Both the position numbers and the translations under genes were made by a program. A DNA stretch of 63,819 bases, the filler included, from Vannella sp. (taxonomy: Eukaryota): NCBI GenBank assembly GCA_023345925.1. It is 6 parts of 6 records of this genome, joined end to end, with 100 filler letters (N's around TTAATTAATTAA, not from the genome) between each part and the next. Parts side by side here need not be neighbours in the genome. Positions count along the whole stretch, not along the records: positions 10,805 to 26,223 come from JAJQQN010001088.1; positions 26,324 to 37,844 come from JAJQQN010001387.1; 4 more parts are not named here. One strand, written 5' to 3'. Below, piece after piece: positions 22,904 through 32,107 of this stretch (position 1 is its first letter; each line of letters begins with the position of its first letter). The notes under the pieces are model-generated. The model worked only from the letters and a program-made list of their open reading frames with translations, was not told the DNA's origin and did no database searches.

Positions 22904-23801
22904 TTATTCGTGGCGCATGCGTTGGGAGAGGTGAGGGTGTTGGGCATAGACTTCTTCTAGGGTGGGCACGAAGCCGAGGAACATGCGGAAGCGGTCCCAA
23001 GCCGCTCTTGGTGAGTCTAATGCAGGGCGAACGTCGAGGTGCATGGAGATGGCGGCGCCGTTAGGCTGGCCATCGTAGAAGTCGATGACGTAGCGAACGT
23101 GTTGGCCATTGCGATAAACAACCCAGTCATGACGATCAAAGGGGCGCTTCACACCTTGGAAGAACATCTTCATCCGTGCTTTGGGTGACAGCTCGCGGTA
23201 GAGCCCTTTGAACTTCTCAAGCCGTGGGGGCTCTTTCAGTTCATCAGCGTGGAAGCCAAGTTCCCAACGAAGGATCTCTGCCCAAGCACGCTCGTTCGTG
23301 GTGTTGTGGATGGCGACAATCGAGCTGATCTCATCTTCGTTCACGCCTTCCCATCCCTTGCGGCGGAGTGCGTTGTAGAACATCTGTTCTGAGGGATACT
23401 CCCATCGTTCTTTCTCTGGTTCAGGAGCCACACCACGGGGGATGCTTGATCGCACACGACTGGTAGGGAGTGGGTTCCGCTGGTCTGGGTGGGGGCGCTG
23501 ATTCTCTGGAGGCATCTGGTTCTCTGCCTGGAGTCCCTTGATCTCATTCTCTGTCATAGGACAGGAGGACATTTGGACAGCTTCAGCGGTGGTGTGGTCT
23601 ACAGGGCACTTGCCTTCACCAACAGGTTGTAACTTTCCCTCTCTCACTGGCAACGCCTGTTTCTCCAAGCTTTAGGGCGATGTGGAATGAACATTCTCTT
23701 ACGCATCATCTCACCTCCTGGTTCTGCTGGTAGACCACAAAGCTCGCTCCTGCAGCCACAGAACCCACCACCAAGGGGAGCAGCACGCGAGCCCTCCTCA
23801 T
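22904..23801 (-). CDS. HCCS: Holocytochrome c synthase (cytochrome c/c1 heme lyase), with a short upstream exon
   Basis: CPV/CPM heme-regulatory motifs, WEYPSEQMFYNALRRKGW, IHNTTNERAW, PFDRHDWVV, RYVIDFY; exon 1 MRRARVLLPLVVGSVAAGASFVVYQQNQE ends at a GTGAGA donor. Confidence 0.93.
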
Positions 23802-23857
23802 TATTTCCTGTAAATAATGAAAATCTTTGGGTCGGGATTATTTATTGGACCCGCCCG

Positions 23858-24304
23858 ATGCAGCGCCTTACGCGCCTCCCTTTGACCCTGTTTAGGATCC
23901 AGCCGCAACTCCCAGTGGCGCTACGAGACTACGATACGCAGATGGCCCTCAAGCGAAGCTCCTTTGACCTGAAGACGCATGATGGCCTTGTCCTTCCCGA
24001 GAAAGGTGATGTCTTCCGCGTGCCCAACGGGATGTCGCTGCGCCCGGCCGGTGTCACCATGGCCAACATCCTCACCGGGTTCCGCGGAGAACCAACGATC
24101 TACCGCTTCCAGGCCAACATGGAGATCCCCGCGGACCTTGCGCTTTACCACGAGCACACCGACCACTACTCCCTCCAGACCGGCGTTCCCATCAGCCTCG
24201 AGGAGCTCAACCAGCGTCTCACAGAGATCCTCCGATCCCTTCCCACACAGACGCGTGAGGAATGGCTCGCCGAGTGGAACGATCCCGACTACCAAGACAA
24301 TTGA
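23858..24304 (+). CDS. Tse2-like ADP-ribosyltransferase-fold protein (ADPRTs_Tse2-type), 148 aa, intronless
   Basis: LFRIQ..VALRDY...SFDL..DGLVLP...PNGMSLRP...FRG..IYRF...IPADLALYHEHTDHYSLQ...ISLEELNQRLT matches my recollection of the eukaryotic Tse2-like family pattern. Confidence 0.75.
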   Translation: MQRLTRLPLTLFRIQPQLPVALRDYDTQMALKRSSFDLKTHDGLVLPEKGDVFRVPNGMSLRPAGVTMANILTGFRGEPTIYRFQANMEIPADLALYHEHTDHYSLQTGVPISLEELNQRLTEILRSLPTQTREEWLAEWNDPDYQDN

Positions 24305-24423
24305 GGCGTGAGGAAAGGCGTGCAACCTCAGATCTGGGGCACTACAGTCCACTACAGTCCCTACATACCACTCATTGTTCGCGCCTGAGTCACTACAGCC
24401 CCCGATCATTGTTCACGGCTTTC

Positions 24424-24620
24424 ATGGGAGCGGCGAGCTCAACGGTTCCTGTCGTAGAAGACTTTGTAGACGCCCGGATGCTTGGGAAGGGCCTTTGGGG
24501 GATGTTCAGTTGGTGTGGTACATAAGGGATGGGCAGCTGTACGCCCTGAAGGCCATGGAGAAGGAGTGGGTGGTGGTCAGTCATACGCTCTTGGAGCGAA
24601 ATGTGATGCTGGCAAGATGA
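24424..24620 (+). pseudogene. AGC-type protein kinase N-lobe fragment
   Basis: MGAASS..EDFVDARMLGKG, a frameshift, then GDVQLVWYIRDGQLYALKAMEKEWVVVSHTLLERNVML*; no catalytic lobe follows. Confidence 0.7.
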
Positions 24621-25026
24621 AGCGGGTTCTTCTCCCAACCAGTTGCTTACCCAATGCGGTACTCTGTGCGACTCCTCGGTGCAGGACGTCTCATGATCAG
24701 AGAGAGTTTACGTCCCCCTAAACCCTGTTGGCCTCCGATAAAGGTGCTTCTTAATTCTGGCATCAATCGAATGGATTCTGTATGTTAAAAAGAGGGGCTT
24801 CTTTTCCAAATCAGGTCAGTCAAGGTGTCCCTGAAGATGGTCTCAATAATATCTCGATATTATTGGGGCCGACAGCTGATTGGTGCGGAAATCGTGCGTA
24901 AGCGTCAATTCGGGGGAGCAGGGTACAAAAGCCATGTCACGCGCTCTTTCCAGCCTTCCTTCTTGTCGGCGCGTGCTCTCACACGCACGCTCTGCATCGA
25001 AAACAAAGCTCTCCTTGTTAAAGCTC

Positions 25027-25509
25027 ATGATGGAACCGAGAGACCGACCACCAACGGGAGGAGACGAGCCGCCCTCCAAGATTCAGCGCACAAACGCTCA
25101 ACCCCCGGTACCTTCCGAACAGCAACTGATCCTCTTTGGCGATCTATCGCAAGTCCGGCAGCTAGCCTTCAACATGAGGGAGAACCTCGATTCCCTCCAG
25201 AGGAAAGTCCAGCAACTGGAGTCTGACTTGTCTGCTTCCAAGTCTGACCTGGCTACTTACGAGGCAAGGCTTAAGTCTGACCGAGATACTCACGAGGCGG
25301 ACCTTCTTCAAAAATCTAGAGAGAAAACAGAGCTTCAACAGACGTTGGTGGAGCTGCTCACGAGACAAGATGATGCTGACCAGGCGTCGCCAGGAACTGT
25401 TATTAACAGGTTTCTCAATGTTGCGCTTGAGCCTGGATTAGCTCCAAGTTCCTCCAGTTCCGAGGACGAGGACTCGAAGGAGAGGGATCCCGATTACAAA
25501 GACGAGTGA
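25027..25509 (+). CDS. Hypothetical coiled-coil protein
   Basis: Open frame with heptad stretch LDSLQRKVQQLESDLSASKSDL, acidic tail, AATAAA just after the stop. Confidence 0.5.
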   Translation: MMEPRDRPPTGGDEPPSKIQRTNAQPPVPSEQQLILFGDLSQVRQLAFNMRENLDSLQRKVQQLESDLSASKSDLATYEARLKSDRDTHEADLLQKSREKTELQQTLVELLTRQDDADQASPGTVINRFLNVALEPGLAPSSSSSEDEDSKERDPDYKDE

Positions 25510-25859
25510 GAAGTCATTTATTTGAATAAAGTGTTCACCACGCTTTCCATACGAACGGACTCCTTTCCCTCCTTTTTAGTCTTTTGTTGAGGATCCCGTC
25601 CTCGATCCCTCTCACCACCCTTAGCTCAACTGTCAATCAAACCAGATAGAATGAGGGACAAGTGGGCCCTTCTGATGGCGAAGAAGGCAACGAGAAGGCG
25701 GGGCGGCAGCGACATTGAAGAGAATGAGTGGAATGGAATAAAGCCTTTTCCCTTGCACTCCCATCGCCTTACAACATCAAAGGACTCCCTCCCAGCCATG
25801 GAAGAGCGAGAACGAAGGAAACTTAGAAGATTGATGCCTAGCGAGCTCGTGAAAGCATG

Positions 25860-26125
25860 CTTCAGCTGTTGATGCCGCTGGTGGGACCACGGGGACCATT
25901 CACTATCGCAGTGAACCAAAGGGCCGGTACTTCCCCAAGGGTCCTTCCAGCTTGGCAGCGTTCTTTGCATCGCAGTTTCGTAGTTTGCCCACTCTCCCTT
26001 CTTGGTGTACGAGGAGGAGCGCCTCTCTTACGCAAAGAAGCTTGCTTAACTCATGAGGACTCGCTTTCATGTGGTGCCAGGAGACCGCGTCGCCATTGGA
26101 ATGAGGAACTATCCCGAGTGGCAGG
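25860..26125 (+). pseudogene. Long-chain acyl-CoA synthetase (AMP-binding) 5' fragment
   Basis: Across frameshifts: LVGPRGPF..RYFPKGPSSLAAFF..FLVYEEERLSYAKKLA*LMRTRFHVVPGDRVAIGMRNYPEW; in-frame TAA. Confidence 0.7.
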
Positions 26126-26223
26126 GTCGTAGCTCGGCTCGTGAGCTCGCGAGTCGTGTTGAAAAACTAACCCTTCCTGGTGAAATCAAAACATAAAATG
26201 GATCTATTTAAGACGATGCAAAT

Positions 26224-26323
26224 NNNNNNNNNNNNNNNNNNNNNNNNNNNNNNNNNNNNNNNNNNNNTTAATTAATTAANNNNNNNNNNNNNNNNNNNNN
26301 NNNNNNNNNNNNNNNNNNNNNNN
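26224..26323. other. Artificial contig linker
   Basis: N-run/TTAATTAATTAA/N-run. Confidence 0.98.
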
Positions 26324-27032
26324 AGTCTCCCGTTGTCGGCCAGCGTCCATGAGAGACAGAAAGGAGGGAAATGAGTTCCTCCTTTCACAAGGAAGGACAA
26401 TTCTCCCAATTTTGTCCACAAAACTGGAAGAATTTCTCGTCGCTGTTTGAAACATTAGACTGAAATGTGGAAAGAGAAAATCCACGAGTGAAGGGGGAGA
26501 ACTCGTGTTTGAGTGTCTTGATGACCTGATGACCTCCATCTCTTCAGGATAAGCTTTTGGACAGATTTATATCTGGAGTGACTGATACCTTTTACGGAGA
26601 CGGAGGATCCGGGGCAAGTGATATGGTCTGTCAGGAGGTAAATCTGATGTTCCGAAGGTGGCGCTGGGGACAGCCATGATTATTATTTGATTCTATTATG
26701 CTACAACAGCTGCTCGTACTTCTGACTGACCTGAGAAAGTCTCTGTTTTGATTGTCTCCTGTTTTCGGTCTCCACCGGACGCAAAGTTGAACCTCTGCAC
26801 CAATTCCGGCCGAAAGATTGGGAATAGTTCGATGGTCGTATGTACCAAGCTGTCTGAATACTAGCTGGCCGCCTGGAGGACCGCTCGCAACCCTGTTCAT
26901 TCAGCCAGAGGCAGCAACGCCAAAGAATGACCTTACTGCAATCAGTCCACCGGGCTCAAGTCATTTCATTTACAATCACATATTGACATCAAAACTCAAC
27001 CCAGTGAGAGATCTTCTCCAGACAGCGAGCTC

Positions 27033-28602
27033 TTATTCCTGCTCCCGATTGGGAGAGCGAAGAAGAAGAGTTGTCTTGTCAGGAGCTTGAATGCTCTCGA
27101 ATGCCCCTTCCAACTCTGAAGGACTCTGTTTGAAGGTGTGTTCGAGCATCTGCCGCTTATTCTTGCCCTTAAAGAAGAACATTGATATCGCAGGAATAAC
27201 TGAGATTGCCAGAACTGTCAGATTAACAGAAAGAATTGAAAAATAGGCCAGAAGTGGGGTACAAAGGCTGACCAAGAAGATTCCCCACAATTGGGCGCAA
27301 GCGAGAAGCACATTGGAAGACAGAGACTCTGGCAATGGGAATGATATGCTCACGGCCACATCCATACTGATAGGAAGAAGTGCTGTCATGAAAAAGCCCA
27401 AAAGGCACGCACCAAAGCTGAGAAGATAAATTTGATTCTCCTGAAAACACGCCGTCCAGAAGGCCAGGCTGAGACAGGTTCCAACCATACAGATAATCAA
27501 AAGTAGCTTGGGCTTCTGAGTGCGGTCAGCGAGAAGACCGAACAAGAAAGCTCCCACAATCCCCACAACAACTATCAGAGTTCCAATCAGGGCTGTCGCT
27601 TGAGAGGAGTAGTTCAACTCAATAAGCATCTGGCTGAGCAGTGTTGTTACCACATAGAAGCATCCCACATTGATGCCAAAGGAGAGGCATAGATTGGTAT
27701 ATCCTGGGTTGCGGAAGAGCTTCGGAATCCCTGTGAAGAAGAACATCGCCCCGGAATCTTTGGAACCTTTCTCGCTTTCGGCGTGGTTCTGTGCCTCTGC
27801 AGATCTAGAAGGAGGGGAAGGAGGTTTGCTCCGAAACAAGCCCGTCAAAAGGAAAGAACTGAGACCCAAAATGCTCATGAGAAGGAGCAGGTTAGTGATA
27901 GCTTGGCCATCGGAACCATCAGGAACCAGAGTGGGACAAAGAAAGAACCCAATTGCAATGCCCATTTGGTTTGCCAATGCCCCAATAGCAGTGGCAGTCA
28001 CTCGCTCGTTCTCCCCAAACCAGTTCTGCAAAGATGCTCAGTAAATCATTATTGCCGGTCCTTTCGCAATGGGACTCACTTGCGCCAGGTTGGGAGGCAT
28101 AGCGACTATGAAAGCTTGTGCAAAGGCAGTTATAGTCTGTCCAACAAACACGGGAATGATCGAGTAAGGTGCCGCTTCCGTTATGGAGAGGAATGGCCAA
28201 GGAAGTACTCGGATAGCCGCACCTAGGAGGTTGAGGAAAGCCCCCACAGTGAATCCAACACGGAGACTGAACTTGTCAACGATGTAAGTGGCTGGAATGA
28301 TGCCAGGAATGAAGGCAACCATGTAAATCATGGACAAAGCGTTAACAGCGATTGCATTCACCTTCATTAAGGTAAGCACGGAGCCTCTTCCCTCTATCAA
28401 GAGTAGAACTCACTGAGTACTGAGAGATAACTGTGGTGGCGATTGGGGCAAACGTGATCCAGTTGAGAGAGTTCGTCAACGACAACCAAGAGAAGATCAA
28501 GAGCATGAACCAGCGCCTCGTGTACAAGCGAATCGAGGCATCCACCTTACTCCCAGACGGTGCTCCCAAGCTCACCGACCCCCTGTCGCTCCCATCAAGC
28601 AT
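27033..28602 (-). CDS. MFS transporter, FLVCR/SLC49-like, 3 exons
   Basis: LYTRRWFMLLIFS..NSLNWITFAPI, LSMIYMVAFIP, GQTITAFAQAFI, WFGENERVTATAIG, ISFPLPESLSS. Confidence 0.88.
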
Positions 28603-28724
28603 CCAAAGAAATGAAAAAGTTTGGAGTTTTCCCAAAGCCGCCCGCCCGTTGCTATCTCGTATTTTGGACTTGGTTTTATAGAAAAGAAGATTTTAGGGAT
28701 GGGCGCATTATTTGGAGGGTCTCC

Positions 28725-29461
28725 ATGCACAGCCTCTTCTTGTGTAATGGGGACGGGATGGTTCTCTTCAAGAGGTGGGTCGGGTTGGGTGTGGGAGCTT
28801 GTTGTCTGACTTGCTTGTGCAGATACTTTGTCAAAGTTGCCAGTGAGAGCGAGTGGGAGCAGGCGGTGTTCTCTATCACAAACAAAAAGTGGACCCACGC
28901 GCGGAACGAAGTTCACCAATGTGTGACGTATCAGTAAGTATTATAGTAATGAGCTTGTCTCTCCATCAATGCTGATAGTCAAACACCTCAGGGAAAAGTT
29001 CATCGTCTTCACCTTCTGGGGAGACGTTCTCGTCCTTTTGGTGGGAACCGGAGATATGGACGAGCTATCTCTCTCGGATACGATGGATCTGATGGCAGAG
29101 TACATCCGCGACAACATCACAAAGCGACCAATGCAAGAACTGACCGAGCAGAACCTCATCCAGTCCGACAACTACGAGAAACTGTGCATTGGCTTGGACG
29201 AGATGATCTCCGCAACAGTAAGGAGCCATTTCATCCTCTTCAGGTTCTGATCTAACATGCCAAAAGGGCATTCTTGATCAAACCGACGTCTCAAAGATTG
29301 GTGGAACCTACAAGGTTAAGGCAGTCTGGACGAGGCCACGCCCAGTTCTGCCGCAAGCGAAGAAGCTAGAAGACGTTTCTCTGGATCCTGAGGTGCAAGA
29401 TCCTCTCCAGATTTACCTGCAACGAGCAGGCCTTGCGGCCAACCTCGCAGGCAGACGATGA
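28725..29461 (+). CDS. TSET/TPLATE complex small longin subunit TSPOON (LOLITA-like); introns 28775-28822, 28934-28991, 29218-29266
   Basis: MHSLFLCNGDGMVLFKRYF...FIVFTFWGDVLVLLVGTGDMDELSLSD...YEKLCIGLDEMI..GILDQTD closely follows the LOLITA pattern (IVYT.LGDV..FVVGKDEYDELAL...YGRICLCLDEIV..G.LENTD). Confidence 0.8.
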
Positions 29462-29501
29462 TCAAACATGTTCTTTCAGATATTTTATAGCTGCCATACA
29501 C

Positions 29502-30197
29502 TTAGAAGCCAGTCTTCTGGACAAGGGGGGTGGTGATCTTCTCCTTAGCCTGGGTCAAAGCCTTGCGCTTGAGGTTGGTGATGGCCTTCTTGCGCTCGTA
29601 GTAAGCAGCAGCGCGAACCTTTCGCTTATCCTCAAGAGCCTTGACGGTATCCTGGTACTTCCAGCCGACCTCGTGAGAGAGGCGACCAACACGGGTGAAG
29701 CGACGGCCGGGGCGCAGTCTCAACACTCGGAGGGCCTGAGGGACGACAGAGCGGTTGACCTTGTCATACGGGGGAGGAACACCCTCGAAAACCTTGAGGT
29801 GGGCAAGAGCGGCGGCACCACGGGCGGTCTTGTGGGGAACCATTCCACGGACGGTTCTCCAGAAGATCTTGGAGGGAGCACGAAGATGGAAAGGACCACG
29901 TGCAGGGTTGATGTTGCATCGCTTTCTCAAGAAGTCCTGGTACTTGACTGAACCATCATCAGTTCTCAGTTGGTTTTACTCCAAACCCCTACTTACGCTT
30001 GTTTCGGAAGTGGGATCCGGAGATGTTGATGTCCTCGCAGCGAACGATGACGATCTTCTGTCCAGCCAACAACTCCTTGGCGACGGTTGCGGCAAGGCGA
30101 CCGAGCAAGTGTCCCTTTCCGTCAATGACGACTCTCTACGTGGGTTCAGTTACCAACGAGAACCTCAGACAAGGAGGAAGCCCACCTTCTCAAACAT
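29502..30197 (-). CDS. RPL13A: 60S ribosomal protein L13a (uL13), 3 exons
   Basis: [63 protein letters not shown]. Confidence 0.97.
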
Positions 30198-30452
30198 GCT
30201 GCGGACGAGGACGGAAAATAAAAAGGAACGAAATTTTCGTCAGCTTGTCCCCGTTCCGAAAAAGAAGAGTCTTTCAAATGTATCCAAAATACTTGGTAAT
30301 TCATTTAATATGAAATATTAATCATTCAATGGGGTGGGAACGTTTCAAGCAACAAAAGAGAGGAGATCAAGCTCGTCCATGGAGAGGAAAGTGTTCAGTG
30401 GAGGTTTGAAGGTGAAATAGCATAGAAGAGTTCGAATGAACGCGTCATTTGA

Positions 30453-32073
30453 ATGGTGCTGGACGCGGCGCGTGGTCACACCCGCGGGGCTCTGAAAAGT
30501 GACAATCTCCTCTTTGATGTGATCGTCTGTGTACTTCTGGGGATTCTATCTTTCTATTCTCGTTTCTGTGGGTTGGACCACCCGAACGAAGTGGTCTTCG
30601 ACGAGAAGCACTTTGGCCAGTTCGTCTCTTGGTATGTGCGCGGCGAGTACTTTATCGACATCCATCCTCCTCTAGGGAAGCTTCTCATGCTTCTTTCCGG
30701 AACCTTGCTGGGGTACAATGACCACACGGACTACAACATGATATCCGCTCCCTACCCCGATTACTCTTACATGTACTTGCGGTTCATGCCCGCACTGTTT
30801 GGGAGTCTTCTTGTACCTCTAATGTATTTAACACTCAGGACGATGTCCTTATCGCGCCCTCCATCGTGCCTTGGTGAGTTCTCTCCCCTTTCGCCTCCTT
30901 TTGGCTAACTTTCGACGGTTAGTGGCTTGGTTCGTGTTGATGGAGAACTCCATCATAACAGAGAGCCGATATATCCTTTGTGATAGCTTCCTGTTCTTCT
31001 TCTTGTTGGCTACGTTCGCCATGAGCATCCATGCGAACTCGTTTCCCATCTTTTCGAGCAAATGGATCGTTTCCCTCATGGTCTGTGGAGTGCTAATGGG
31101 ACTCTCCATGAGTGTGAAGTTTACTGCACTTGGAGTGGTGGGATCAGTCGCTGTTCATCAGGTGATTGTCCTCTTCATTAACTATGACCGCCCTTACGTT
31201 GTCATCTTCCAAGATGTTGTTGCTCGCACAGTCCTATTGATGCTGCCAGCTATTCTTGTTTTCATTTCACTCTTCATTATCCATCTCTACCTCCTCCCCT
31301 ACTACGGGGACGGAGATCCGTTCATGTCTGAGAGATTCCTCGCTCGTTTGAGTCATCCTGAGGGAGATGTGCTCTCCGAACTGGCCAAAGTGTCTCCTCT
31401 TGGTACTTTGGAAGCTATTTCAGAGCTGATTGCTAGGATGCACAAAGCCAACATTGGTCTACGAGCGACGCACCCCTTCTCAAGTTACTGGTACCAGTGG
31501 TTCTTGATCCAATGCAAGCCAGTGTTGTACTGGCAAAGGATACGGGCAGGATATGGCATGTGGATCTATTGCGTTGGGAATGCCGTCAACTGGATCACCG
31601 CAGCAACATTGGGAGTATGCGGATTCGTCGTTGTGAGCCTACTCGTCGCTGCCATCCACTTCGGACTGGCCTTTAATGAGAACTACCTTCGAGAGAGACC
31701 CCGTTCTCTTCAGGCCTGCTTTTATCAAGCTGTGAGTGAGCATTGGTGGAACGCACTGTTAGTATGGATTTCCTTTTTGGGCAACTTACTGCCTTTTGCA
31801 TCGGTCCCTCGTGCTGTTTGGAACTACCATTACCTTCCTGCACTCTTATTCGCCTTTATCTTATGCGCCATAATAGTGCATATCCTCCTAGATACGCTCG
31901 AAAGGTACGATCTAATCTGGTACAACATTGCCAAGTGTCTTTTAGTGATGCTGGTAATCAGCAGCGGCGTTTGCTTTGCATTCCTTTCTCCTTGGACGTA
32001 TGCTATTCCTATGAGTGAAACGGAGCACAAAGATCGATTCCTTTTCGATTCATGGCGCCTGGCAGCACAGTAG
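30453..32073 (+). CDS. Dolichyl-phosphate-mannose:protein O-mannosyltransferase (PMT/GT39), MIR-less; one intron near 30874-30921
   Basis: VVFDEKHFG (DE motif), FIDIHPPLGKLL, ENSIITESRYILCD, SVKFTAL, HPFSSYWYQW, PRAVWNYHYLPAL. Confidence 0.9.
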
Positions 32074-32107
32074 AGAGGGAAGGCAGTGTATTTGGAAAGG
32101 AACTGAG

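Noticed and set aside
26324..26950. Short ORFs at the contig start
   Set aside because: No recognisable motifs or consistent exon chain.
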